Source: an uncultured Mollicutes bacterium
GTDB taxonomy: Bacteria > Bacillota_I > Bacilli_A > RFN20 > CAG-826
DNA length: 64,000 nt
Assembly (NCBI GenBank): GCA_945936135.1
Contig: CAMESG010000001.1
Span: forward strand, 66,748-130,747
Direction: 5' to 3'
The position numbers and the translations under genes were made by a program. The notes below the pieces were generated by a model that had not been told where the DNA came from, did no database searches, and saw only the letters and a program-made list of their open reading frames with translations. Within the stretch, counting starts at the first letter, position 1. Each line of letters opens with the position of its first letter. Positions 37,777 to 46,934 of this stretch are shown here, in pieces.

Positions 37777-38670
37777 TTATGCCTTGGGATAGACCTTCAG
37801 GAGGCGCTGGAGCGCAGAAAGCCTCAATTGGGCTTTCGGATTCAAAGTAGGTTTCGATTGGCCTAAATAGGCAAGCGCCAACGCCTTCAAGGCCTCTTCT
37901 TCGACTTCCAAATCCTCGACTTCATATGGGTCGGGGTAAAGGGCGAGGACCGTTTGATCCAGAAGTTCCCCACAAAGCGAAGAAAGGCTCGTGTCCTTGA
38001 TCTCCAAAATGCGGTTGCGCATCTTGCGATAGCTCTCGGTGCTATAGGGCATTCTTACTTCCGCAGGGATCAAGGTAAAGCGCTTCCCTCCCTTTTCGAA
38101 GGAGACCGTCACTTCGTCGTGATGGGCGCTACAAAGCATGAGAACGTAACTCTTGACGTCGTCTTCGACTTCATCGGATGCAAGAAGGTTATGAAGATCC
38201 GAGAAATACGGCATCAAGTCGGACTTTTTAAGGGCGTTTAAATAAGCAAGAAGCGTTGAAGGATCGCGCTCGGTTTGCAAAATGCGATGCACTTCCCCTT
38301 CGTCGACTTCCGTTTTCTTTCCGCCGGAAAGTTCTTCCAAACGAATGCGTTTTGGCAAAGAACGAAGGATCTCTTCGATCTCTTGGGAGACGTAATTCAA
38401 ATTGGAAAAATATTGAAGATCTTCGTAGGCTTCGTCGAATTCGTTCAAGGCAAACCGCGTTTCGAAATTCGCCTTCAATAGCAAGGCTGGATTCTCTTTC
38501 CAAAGGAAACCGCGTTTGGAAAGTAAAAGATCCATCGCTTCTTTCCCTCGCCCAAGCGCCAAATAGGCCGAGGCGAGATAAAAATGGTCGGAGGCGGAAA
38601 TCGCTTCCTTCCCATGGGCAATGATTTCTTGATAATCGCCTTTCTCGGCGAGGCCTTTCCAATCGATCAC
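37777..38670 (-). CDS. hypothetical protein, possibly TPR-like alpha-helical
   Basis: 297 aa ORF upstream of tig; the N-terminus YLASAYLALGRGKEAMDLL resembles a TPR helix pair; no catalytic motifs. Confidence 0.4.
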   Translation of the reverse strand: MIDWKGLAEKGDYQEIIAHGKEAISASDHFYLASAYLALGRGKEAMDLLLSKRGFLWKENPALLLKANFETRFALNEFDEAYEDLQYFSNLNYVSQEIEEILRSLPKRIRLEELSGGKKTEVDEGEVHRILQTERDPSTLLAYLNALKKSDLMPYFSDLHNLLASDEVEDDVKSYVLMLCSAHHDEVTVSFEKGGKRFTLIPAEVRMPYSTESYRKMRNRILEIKDTSLSSLCGELLDQTVLALYPDPYEVEDLEVEEEALKALALAYLGQSKPTLNPKAQLRLSALQRLLKVYPKA

Positions 38671-38799
38671 GGGAGGGATTATAGCACGTAATCTCCGAAC
38701 AATTGAACCCCAATCCCCTAGTAAACATACGGGTTCATACGCACGCGCATAAGGTCAATGCTTGCGGTGAGTGTCTAATTCGCGTATATTTTGCGCGCT

Positions 38800-39678
38800 A
38801 TGGTACTCTCATTTATCTTTTTGTTTCTAGCCTTCGGGCTTCAAACTGCCCTATATATCTTGGAAGGCTGGCATCAGACCTGGTGGATGTTCTGGACCTG
38901 GATCGTCTTCCCCTTCGCCTTCTATTGGGGCTTATTCGCGATCTATTGCTTCTTCATCATCGTGATCAACGCGCTCATGAACAACAAAGCGCCGAAGAAG
39001 CCAAGCAAGGTCGCCCAGTTCTTCGTCACGAACACCGTTTTCATCGTCCTTCTCTTCATGAGGGTCCGCCTCCATGTCAAAGGGATGGGCAAACTTCCGA
39101 AGAAAGGCGTGCGCTTCATGGTCGTCCATAACCACGTCTCGATGTTCGATGAATTCGTCCTCATCCATGCGCTCCGCCATCACGAAATGCTCTATGTCTC
39201 CAAAGAAGGGAACTTCAAGCTCCCTGGCGGTGGCAACTGGATCCGCAAAGCGGGCTATATCTCCCTTGTCCAAGGCGATCTGAAGTCTGGCACCGAAGCC
39301 GTCAACCAAGGCGCGAAAGCCATCAACTCCGGCAAGTACTCCGTCTGCGTGGCCCCGGAAGGAACGCGCAACAAGGAATTCCCAAATCCACAGCTCCTCC
39401 CCTTCCACTACGGCACCTTCAATATGGCGAAACAGGCCAATAACTGCCCGATCGTCGTTATCTCCCTCCAAAACACCTATGGGGTTGCCAAGCGTTGGCC
39501 CTTGAAGTCCACCCATATCTACCTCGACGTCGTCGGGGTGATCGATGGCGAGGAAGTCGCTTCCTCCTCGACCCAGGACATCGCGGAACACGCCCGTTCC
39601 TTGATTCTGAGAAGGTTTGAAGAAAAGCAAGCGCGCTTCTATCACCTCGATGGCAAGAAGCCCGAGAAAGCGAAGTGA
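38800..39678 (+). CDS. plsC: 1-acyl-sn-glycerol-3-phosphate acyltransferase
   Basis: Two N-terminal TMs, acyltransferase motifs HNHVSMFD (HX4D) and VAPEGTR; the ATG at 38800 is preferred over the TTG at 38791 used by the track. Confidence 0.75.
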   Translation: MVLSFIFLFLAFGLQTALYILEGWHQTWWMFWTWIVFPFAFYWGLFAIYCFFIIVINALMNNKAPKKPSKVAQFFVTNTVFIVLLFMRVRLHVKGMGKLPKKGVRFMVVHNHVSMFDEFVLIHALRHHEMLYVSKEGNFKLPGGGNWIRKAGYISLVQGDLKSGTEAVNQGAKAINSGKYSVCVAPEGTRNKEFPNPQLLPFHYGTFNMAKQANNCPIVVISLQNTYGVAKRWPLKSTHIYLDVVGVIDGEEVASSSTQDIAEHARSLILRRFEEKQARFYHLDGKKPEKAK

Positions 39679-39692
39679 ACGAACGGAAAAAA

Positions 39693-39724
39693 GCGGGGAT
39701 CCAAGCGGATTCCTGCTTTTCGTT
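39693..39724 (+). terminator. rho-independent terminator of plsC
   Basis: GCGGGGATCC-aagc-GGATTCCTGC (10 bp, two G-U) followed by TTTTCGTT. Confidence 0.6.
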
Positions 39725-39782
39725 ATCTCTTCTCCTTTCGTTTTGAAATAGCGAAGCAGGCGCCGGGAGCAAGCCGCGAACA

Positions 39783-39911
39783 TTATCGTTCCTCGATTAC
39801 GTTCCAATATCCGTTTTTCCTGGAACCCACTCTTTGAATGATGTTCTTCTCCATGAGACCACTCATGTGACGGTATATCGTCGGATAAGACGTTTGAAGT
39901 GCCTCCGACAT
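39783..39911 (-). pseudogene. 42-codon remnant of a winged-helix (ArsR/MarR-like) regulator
   Basis: Encodes MSEALQTSYPTIYRHMSGLMEKNIIQRVGSRKNGYWNVIEER, which looks like the recognition helix plus wing only. An in-frame TAA lies two codons upstream and it sits in a ~40% GC noncoding island. Not in the ORF track because it is under 60 aa. Confidence 0.25.
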
Positions 39912-40154
39912 CTCCCTTTACGTGATGTGTTTATTTTCTTTCACAATCGAGACAATGCGCCTGTCAAGGTAATTTATCCTATCATTTATCTTATCAACGC
40001 GCGTTTTTCGCAAAGAAAAGTAAACTCGGAGCGTAAAGATGTAGAAGGATGAATTTACATATCTCCTTCCAATGGTAACTATGATAATTTTATCTTATCA
40101 ATATCGAAAGCGGCGAAGAGAATTCACACTTATCTCGCCCCTATGTATAAGGAA

Positions 40155-40183
40155 GAAAAAACACCGGCTTTTGCTTCCGGTGT
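40155..40183 (-). terminator. terminator of the mutS2-uvrC-tRNA-Arg unit
   Basis: ACACCGG-aagcaaaag-CCGGTGT followed by TTTTTT on the minus strand, 12 nt after the tRNA 3' end. Confidence 0.65.
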
Positions 40184-40195
40184 TTCATAGGCTGA

Positions 40196-40272
40196 TGGCG
40201 CGCCCGAGGCGATTCGAACGCCTGACCCACAGCTTAGAAGGCTGTTGCTCTATCCGGCTGAGCTACGGGCAC
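40196..40272 (-). tRNA. tRNA-Arg (anticodon UCU)
   Basis: Hand-folded cloverleaf: acceptor GUGCCCG/CGGGCGC, D-arm GCUC-AGCCGGAUA-GAGC, anticodon arm ACAGC-CUUCUAA-GCUGU, T-arm AGGCG-UUCGAAU-CGCCU, encoded CCA; lies 13 nt after the uvrC stop. Confidence 0.8.
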
Positions 40273-40285
40273 GTGCCAAAGAATA

Positions 40286-42073
40286 TTACGCTTTTTTGCC
40301 TTCGTTGTGTAGGTGAAAATACAAGGCTTCCGCAGATTCGGGCGGCAAGATCTGCTTTAACTCGCTTAACGGGGCGGCTTTTAAGGCTTCAACGCTAGAA
40401 TAATGAGCGTTCAAGGCCTCTTTCCGCTTTGGGCCGATTCCCTTGATCTTATCAAAGATATCGTTGCTCATCGCTTTGGAGCGTTCCGAGATATGGAAGG
40501 AAATCGCGAAGCGGTGCACTTCATCCTGCATCCTCATCAAGAAGAAAAACAAAGGGGACTTCGCTTCAAGGGGAAAGACTTCGCCTTCCGAAGATACCAG
40601 CCCTTCCGTCTGGTGCTTGTCGTTTTTAAATAGGCCAAAGACGGGGATCCCGTCGACGCCCGCTAGAGCCAAGCCTTCCTTGATGGCCCGGACCTGGGTG
40701 ATCCCGCCATCCGCGAGGATCAAATCCGGATAAGAAAGCCCTTCTTCTTTTAACCTTCGATACCTACGGCTTGTGACCTCGACCATCGAATGATAATCAT
40801 CACCCGCGACAGAAGAAGAAAGATGGTACTTTCGATACATCTTCTTCGCCCTCTCCCCGTTGATGTAGCAAACCATCGCCCCGACTGGTGCGCTTCCCTG
40901 GAGGTGGGAGTTATCAAAAAGTTCAATCCTTATCGGGGTTTTGATCTTAAGGAGGCTTCCTAATTCTTCTAACAGCGCCAGCTTATCGTCTTCTAGCCTC
41001 GCGGTCATGAAATGGGCATCAAGCCCTTGACGGGCGTTGAGTTCCGCGATCGAGACCATCTCGACGAATCGCCCTTCTTTGGGGACGATGACCTTGAGAT
41101 CTTCATAGACCGCTTCAAGCTCTTCGCCTAGGCCTTCTAAACGAGAAACGACTTCTTTCGGACGATCGTGGTTCGAATAGTATTGAAGCAATAATTCGGC
41201 GATCTGCTCTTCAGGTTCACCAAACTTCAAGACGACAAAGGCGTTTTTGCCTAGAAGCATGCCTCTTCGATAGGTTAAAACGGCTAAGGACAAATACCCT
41301 TCCCTTTCCGCGAAGGCAATGACGTCTCGCGCGACTTTATCTCCAACAAATTCAACAGTTTGTTTGGAGGTCACGTATTCGATCGCGTCAAGGCTTTTCT
41401 TGCAGTCCGCCGCGGTTTCAAAATCGAGTTTCTCCGCGGCTTTCTGCATCTTTTCCTTTAACATTGCCTTGGCTTCCCCGGTATCCCCGCCTAGGAAGCG
41501 CTTGATCTCTTGATAAAGGGCATTGGACTTCTCTTCTGGGATTTTGGCCAAGCAAGGCGCAAGGCATTGCCCCATCGAATAATACAAGCAAGGTCGAGAC
41601 GGGATGTTCTTGCATTTCCTCGTCGGGTAGATCTTGTTCAATAGATCGATGACTTCATAACACGATGAACTCGATGGAAAAGGACCGAAGTAGAAATAAT
41701 GCGGATCCTTCGAGGACCGAGCGATCTTCAACAAAGGATCCCCGTGTTTCTTCAAAGCGATATAAGGGTAATGCGAATCGTCCATCAGCATGATGTTGTA
41801 TCGCGGATAATGCGTCTGGATCAGATTCATCTCCAGGATAAAGGCTTCTTTCTCGTCCTTCACCAAGATGAACTCGAAATGATCGACGTGGCTGACCATC
41901 GCGGCGACCTTTCCCGATTGAGGACGAAGAAAATACTGTGACACCCTCTTCTTGAGGTTCTTGGCCTTGCCGATATAGATGATCGCATCGTCCTTGTCCT
42001 TCATTTGATAGACGCCAGGGCGATCCGGGAGCAAGGCGATGAGAGCTTGTAGCTTTTCCGTCACCATGCTCAC
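40286..42073 (-). CDS. uvrC: excinuclease ABC subunit C
   Basis: GIY-YIG N-terminus (GVYQMKDKDDAIIYIGKAKNLKKRVSQYF), UvrBC and RNaseH-like/HhH C-terminal regions; ATGA overlap with mutS2. Confidence 0.9.
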   Translation of the reverse strand: MSMVTEKLQALIALLPDRPGVYQMKDKDDAIIYIGKAKNLKKRVSQYFLRPQSGKVAAMVSHVDHFEFILVKDEKEAFILEMNLIQTHYPRYNIMLMDDSHYPYIALKKHGDPLLKIARSSKDPHYFYFGPFPSSSSCYEVIDLLNKIYPTRKCKNIPSRPCLYYSMGQCLAPCLAKIPEEKSNALYQEIKRFLGGDTGEAKAMLKEKMQKAAEKLDFETAADCKKSLDAIEYVTSKQTVEFVGDKVARDVIAFAEREGYLSLAVLTYRRGMLLGKNAFVVLKFGEPEEQIAELLLQYYSNHDRPKEVVSRLEGLGEELEAVYEDLKVIVPKEGRFVEMVSIAELNARQGLDAHFMTARLEDDKLALLEELGSLLKIKTPIRIELFDNSHLQGSAPVGAMVCYINGERAKKMYRKYHLSSSVAGDDYHSMVEVTSRRYRRLKEEGLSYPDLILADGGITQVRAIKEGLALAGVDGIPVFGLFKNDKHQTEGLVSSEGEVFPLEAKSPLFFFLMRMQDEVHRFAISFHISERSKAMSNDIFDKIKGIGPKRKEALNAHYSSVEALKAAPLSELKQILPPESAEALYFHLHNEGKKA

Positions 42074-44379
42074 TTTAGATAGACGACCGTCGCGCCGGAT
42101 CCGCCTTCAAATTCCCCGCCTAATTCGAACTTTTTGACGAAAGCGCCATGGGATTTCAAGTATTCGTGGGTCGCTTTCCTTAACGCTCCCGAGCCATAGC
42201 CATGGATGATGCGGACGCGTTCAAAGCCCTTGCGCCTACAGCGATCCAAATAATGATCGATCTCGATCAAGGCTTCATCGACGTGAAGGCCGATGATGTT
42301 GAGTTCAAGGCTCAAGGAGGGGCCGGAGGCCAAATCATCAATCACCCTTCCTTCGATCTTCTTTACTTTCTCCTCGGGCGCTTTCGCCTTTTGGAGTTTG
42401 TCCTTGCTCGTTTCGAAACTCATCCCATCGCGCGTGACGATCGAGACTTTCTTGTTGTTGACTCTCGTGACTTTCCCGACGATCCCAAGGCTAGCGATCT
42501 TCACGTAATCCCCGATCGAGACTTCCGTATCGAAGGTAAGTTCGGCCTGTTTCTCTTTTAAGTCTTCTAGTTTTCGCTTCGCTTCGATCGCTTGATGGAG
42601 TTTAACTTCCGGAGAAGATAGGCCATCCATGATCTCCTTGATCTTGGTTTCGGCCTTTGCCAAGAGTTCTTCTTTTTCTTTCTTCACCGCCTCAAGGTAG
42701 TGCTCTTCCTTCCCTTGAAGGATGTTCTCCCTCTTGGAAAGGTCGTTTTCCTTCACCCGGTATTGCTGTTCTTTCTTTTCGAGGTCTTCCTTCAAAGCTT
42801 CGGTCTGACGGGTGATGTCTCCTAACCGCGCGATCGCATCGCTTACGCGAAGATCGGAAGCGTTGGAAAGTTCCTTCTCCGCTTTTTCGATCACCGTTTC
42901 CGGCAACCCAAAGCGCCTCGCCACCTTCAAGCCATAGGATTCCCCGGGCAAGCCCATCTTGATGCGATAGGTCGGAAGCAGTTTCTCTTCATCGAAAAGC
43001 ATCGACGCATTCTCGATTTCTTGATGTTCAAAGGCAAAGGCTTTCAAGCCCTCGAAGTGGCTGCTGATTAAGGATGTCGCATGTTTCGCCATCAAGGCTT
43101 CCGTGATGGATTTTGCTAACGCTTCCCCTTCTTTTGGGCTCGTCCCGGTTCCCACTTCATCGAGCAAAACGAGGTCTTTCCCTCCGACAAGGTTAAGAAT
43201 CGCCCCGATGTTCGCCATATGTCCGGAGAAAGTCGAAAGATTATCTTGCAAGGATTGGGAGTCCCCGATATCCAGATAGACGTTCTTGTAATAAGGGACG
43301 ATCGCTCCATCCAACGTAGGCAAGGGAAGGGCGCTTTCAAACATCAACGTCAAGATCCCAATCGTCTTCAAGGCCACGGTCTTCCCACCCGCGTTCGGGC
43401 CAGAGATGATCACGGCCTTGGTCTTGGGGCTTAAGGCAAAATCGTTCGGGACGACTTTGCTCGGGTCAAGCAAGGGGTGCCTTGCCCCAGGCAAAAAGAG
43501 GCCTTCATTATTTGAAAGGCTTGCGATATGGCCTTTGATCGCTTCCCCGTACATCGCTTTCGCCTGGAGAAAATCAAAATAGCCTAACGCCTCGTTCATT
43601 TCTTGAAGTTCGCTCGAAAAGGAGCCGACCTTCATGGAAAGTTCAAGGAGAATTCGATGGATTTCTTCAAGCTCATCGTTCTTCAAGATCGTCAATTGGT
43701 TGTTCAATCGCACGATCTTCTCCGGTTCAATGAAAGTGGTTCCTCCAGAGCCTGAGACGTCTTGGACGATGCCCCCGACCTTGTGCTTATAGGTGTTCGC
43801 GACCGGCAGAACGTAATGGCCATTGCGCAAAGTCAGCGTGGAATCGCTTAAGTATTCCTTGTGTTCTTGGAGGATCGTACCCAAGGATTGGGTGATGGTT
43901 TTTTCTAGACGGGCCAGCCCAATGCGGATCTGTCGTAACTTCGGGGAAGCATTGTCATAGATCGATAGATCCGGGGCGATCACTTTGTGGATGTCCTTCT
44001 CTAGAAAGGTCCCATTCGGAAGATTCTTGCTCTTCTCTTTCAAAGAAGGCGAGTCGTAGGCCTTATCAAAATAACGACGGACGTCTTCAACGAGGGTAAT
44101 GTCATGGGCAATCCGTTCAAAGTCCTCGACATTGAGGCAGCCTTGCTTTCTGGCGAACTCTAACTTGGACGAAAGATCGCTCGAAGAATCAATCGGCAAT
44201 CTCCCTAAAAGGTAATAAGCCTTCTCCATCTCGCTTAAAAAAAGGGTTTCTTTCTTTAGCTCTTCTAAAGGCAAAGGGCGCAAGGCCAAGGCCTTCGCTT
44301 TCCCTTTTTCGGTTCTCGTTAATCCCGCGACTTTCGCGAGAAGACGATCCCATTCCAGTACTTCGAATACGTTTTGCAT
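42070..44379 (-). CDS. mutS2: endonuclease MutS2 (MutS domain plus C-terminal Smr)
   Basis: Walker A GPNAGGKT, a long coiled-coil middle, Smr domain LNIIGLHVDEA...HGYGSG at the C-terminus. Confidence 0.85.
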   Translation of the reverse strand: MQNVFEVLEWDRLLAKVAGLTRTEKGKAKALALRPLPLEELKKETLFLSEMEKAYYLLGRLPIDSSSDLSSKLEFARKQGCLNVEDFERIAHDITLVEDVRRYFDKAYDSPSLKEKSKNLPNGTFLEKDIHKVIAPDLSIYDNASPKLRQIRIGLARLEKTITQSLGTILQEHKEYLSDSTLTLRNGHYVLPVANTYKHKVGGIVQDVSGSGGTTFIEPEKIVRLNNQLTILKNDELEEIHRILLELSMKVGSFSSELQEMNEALGYFDFLQAKAMYGEAIKGHIASLSNNEGLFLPGARHPLLDPSKVVPNDFALSPKTKAVIISGPNAGGKTVALKTIGILTLMFESALPLPTLDGAIVPYYKNVYLDIGDSQSLQDNLSTFSGHMANIGAILNLVGGKDLVLLDEVGTGTSPKEGEALAKSITEALMAKHATSLISSHFEGLKAFAFEHQEIENASMLFDEEKLLPTYRIKMGLPGESYGLKVARRFGLPETVIEKAEKELSNASDLRVSDAIARLGDITRQTEALKEDLEKKEQQYRVKENDLSKRENILQGKEEHYLEAVKKEKEELLAKAETKIKEIMDGLSSPEVKLHQAIEAKRKLEDLKEKQAELTFDTEVSIGDYVKIASLGIVGKVTRVNNKKVSIVTRDGMSFETSKDKLQKAKAPEEKVKKIEGRVIDDLASGPSLSLELNIIGLHVDEALIEIDHYLDRCRRKGFERVRIIHGYGSGALRKATHEYLKSHGAFVKKFELGGEFEGGSGATVVYLK

Positions 44380-44456
44380 CGCGCTTGATTATAGCAATCT
44401 CTCCCTTCCTTTAGGAAGAAATCCATTCATTCACCATTCTTTTCCCTTCTCAAACC

Positions 44457-45407
44457 ATGGAACTAAGGTACAATCTAGCTATGTCCACGACATCGATCCC
44501 CTTATTGATTTCCGAGCGCGATGCTTCCTTCCTTGAGCTTCAATATCAACACGCCTCCCTCCCCGTTCCTAACGAGAATATGTCCTTTTACGCGAAAGTC
44601 GATGGATGCACGATCTCGATATACAAGAAAATATATGAGGATAAGAAAAGGAAAGTTCTCTTCCAGGGTGTAAAAGCCGAGGAACACGCGAAGAGATTCG
44701 GCTACAAACCAGAACCCGTTAATGTAAATGTTGGATTTTATCACGAGCCGAACATCCATTTCGGGATCATAAACCAGATCGGCAGCGATGAAGTCGGAAC
44801 GGGGGATTTCTTTGGCCCGATCGTCGTCTGCGCTGCCTACGTCGATGAAGAAGGCGCCCGTCTCGCGGAGAAGCTAAAGCTCACCGATTCGAAGCAGATG
44901 GACGATGCCTATATCCGTCAAATCGGCGTCGAAGTCTCCTTGGCCTTTGATCATTCTCTTCTTGTTTTACGTAACGAAAAGTTCAACGAAGTCCATAAGG
45001 CAGGAACCAACATGAACGCGATGAAGGCCAAGATGCATAACCAATGCCTCTATAACGTCTTGCTCCGTCACGATAACGCCTTCCTCTATCAAGACGAATT
45101 CGCCGAACCTGAACTCTATTACCACTATTTAAAGGACGAGAACGTCGTCGTAAGAGGAATCCACTTCGCCCCAAGGGCAGAATCCAAATGGGTCTCGGTC
45201 GCCGTCGCCTCCGTCATCGCCCGTTACGCCTTTTTATGCGCAATGGATAAACTCTCCATTGAATTCGGAGAACCGATTCCTTTGGGCGCAGGACCCAAGG
45301 TCGACGCCTTCGCTCTTCGTCAATTGAATCAAAAAGGCCTTCCGTTTTTGCAGAAGGCCGTGAAGATGAATTTTAGCAACTACAAGCGCTTGACCGAGAA
45401 GGCTTAA
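44457..45407 (+). CDS. rnhC: ribonuclease HIII
   Basis: N-terminal TBP-like domain followed by an RNase HII/HIII catalytic core with the DEVGTGDFFGP motif. The start could instead be the ATG at 44481 (MSTTSIPLL). Confidence 0.8.
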   Translation: MELRYNLAMSTTSIPLLISERDASFLELQYQHASLPVPNENMSFYAKVDGCTISIYKKIYEDKKRKVLFQGVKAEEHAKRFGYKPEPVNVNVGFYHEPNIHFGIINQIGSDEVGTGDFFGPIVVCAAYVDEEGARLAEKLKLTDSKQMDDAYIRQIGVEVSLAFDHSLLVLRNEKFNEVHKAGTNMNAMKAKMHNQCLYNVLLRHDNAFLYQDEFAEPELYYHYLKDENVVVRGIHFAPRAESKWVSVAVASVIARYAFLCAMDKLSIEFGEPIPLGAGPKVDAFALRQLNQKGLPFLQKAVKMNFSNYKRLTEKA

Positions 45408-46309
45408 TCTAGATTCTTGAGCACTTCTTTAAAATAGCCGGGCAATGGTGCTTCAAAAGACATCTCTTTTCCCGTGACCGGATGCGTCAAATGCAGGCGA
45501 TAGGCGTGCAGCAATTGCCCTTTGTCGTAGATTTTAGAGTTTCCTTCCCCGTAAAGAGGATCCCCGATCACGGGATGCCCGATGTATTCCATATGGACGC
45601 GGATCTGATGGGTCCTGCCCGTCAATAAACGGCACGTAATCAAGGTCGTTTGGCTTTGGGGGTAGCGCTTCTCGACGTGGAAGAAGGTCGTGGCCTCCTT
45701 CCCTTTTTTAACATCGACCGCGTTCTTCAAGGGATCTTTTTTGCTCCTAGCGATTGGGGCGATGATCTTCCCTTCTTCTTCCTTGATGAGCCCTTTGACC
45801 AAGGCGAGGTATTCTCGCCCCATCGAATGGGTCGAAAGCTGTTTGGAAAGGCCGAGGAAGGCTTGCTCGCTTTTCGCGATCGCGAGCAAACCGGAGGTGT
45901 CCTTATCGATGCGGTGAACAATGCCAGGGCGAGAGGGGTCTCCTGCGAGTTTTTTGCCTTCTAGATGGTGCAGCAAGGCATTCGCGAGAGTTCCTTCTTG
46001 ATGTCCGTTCCCTGGATGGACGACGAGCCCCGCCGGCTTATTGATGATCAGGATATCCTCGTCTTCATAGACGATATCAAGGGGGATGTCCTCGCTTTGA
46101 AGAGAGGTTGGACGGGCTTTCGGAAGCTCGTAATCGACCTCGTCCCCAACTTTTAGCTTTTCATGTCCCGAGGAAGGCTTCCCATTAAGAAAAACCAATC
46201 CCTGGGCGAAGAATTCCTTTGTCTTGTTCCGAGAAGGCGCCGCGCCTAAGGCAAAGAGGGCCTCGTCGATCCTCTTGCCTTCGAGACTCGCGTCAATTCT
46301 CGCCTTCAT
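45404..46309 (-). CDS. rluD: RluA/RluD-family 23S rRNA pseudouridine synthase
   Basis: S4 domain plus catalytic HRIDKDTSGLL motif; follows lspA as in Bacillus. Confidence 0.8.
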   Translation of the reverse strand: MKARIDASLEGKRIDEALFALGAAPSRNKTKEFFAQGLVFLNGKPSSGHEKLKVGDEVDYELPKARPTSLQSEDIPLDIVYEDEDILIINKPAGLVVHPGNGHQEGTLANALLHHLEGKKLAGDPSRPGIVHRIDKDTSGLLAIAKSEQAFLGLSKQLSTHSMGREYLALVKGLIKEEEGKIIAPIARSKKDPLKNAVDVKKGKEATTFFHVEKRYPQSQTTLITCRLLTGRTHQIRVHMEYIGHPVIGDPLYGEGNSKIYDKGQLLHAYRLHLTHPVTGKEMSFEAPLPGYFKEVLKNLD

Positions 46310-46934
46310 GGTGCTCCTCTTTCTCCAACCTGGGATCGCTGGAGAACTCGTTCTTTTGCTTTGATTCCTTGATCGCGTCGTAGATCAAATACCCGATGAA
46401 AAGGAGGATCCCGATCACAAGGTAGGAATCCGCGAGGTTGAAGGTCGCGAAGGGATTGAACATGTTCGCGGGGGAAGAAGGCCCTCCTCCGAGGTAGAAT
46501 TGAAGGAAGTCGATGACCCCATCAAACCCCGTGATCGCCTCCCAATAGAAGGCGCGATCGATCAAATTCCCGATCGCCCCTGCGCTAAGAAGCATCGCGA
46601 TGGTGCGTTGGAAATGATTGAACCCCTCATCGTTCAAGATCCAATAGGCAAGGATGCCCACGCTCATGACCAACGAGATGATGATGTTGATCGAACGTCC
46701 GACCGCCATCGGAAGAGAGGCCCCAAAAGAGAAAGCCATCCCCGTGTTATAGGATTTCGTGAAATAGAAGAAATTCGGGATCACTTCGACCTTTTGCCCT
46801 TCGACGAGCAAAGATTCCACGATCCATTTCGAGGCGATATCCAAGGTGAATAAGCCAATCATCCCCAAAAGGAAATAGACGAGGTATTTGCTATTTTCCC
46901 AGGTGAAGGTGCGCTTCCACTTGATCTTACTCAT
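46293..46934 (-). CDS. lspA: lipoprotein signal peptidase II
   Basis: Four TMs with conserved NTGMAFSFG and FNLADS regions; a basic N-terminal extension. Confidence 0.85.
   Translation of the reverse strand: MSKIKWKRTFTWENSKYLVYFLLGMIGLFTLDIASKWIVESLLVEGQKVEVIPNFFYFTKSYNTGMAFSFGASLPMAVGRSINIIISLVMSVGILAYWILNDEGFNHFQRTIAMLLSAGAIGNLIDRAFYWEAITGFDGVIDFLQFYLGGGPSSPANMFNPFATFNLADSYLVIGILLFIGYLIYDAIKESKQKNEFSSDPRLEKEEHHEGEN

Noticed and set aside
38932-39807. 291 aa minus-strand ORF
   Set aside because: Antisense to plsC, which carries HX4D and PEGTR acyltransferase motifs; no RBS.
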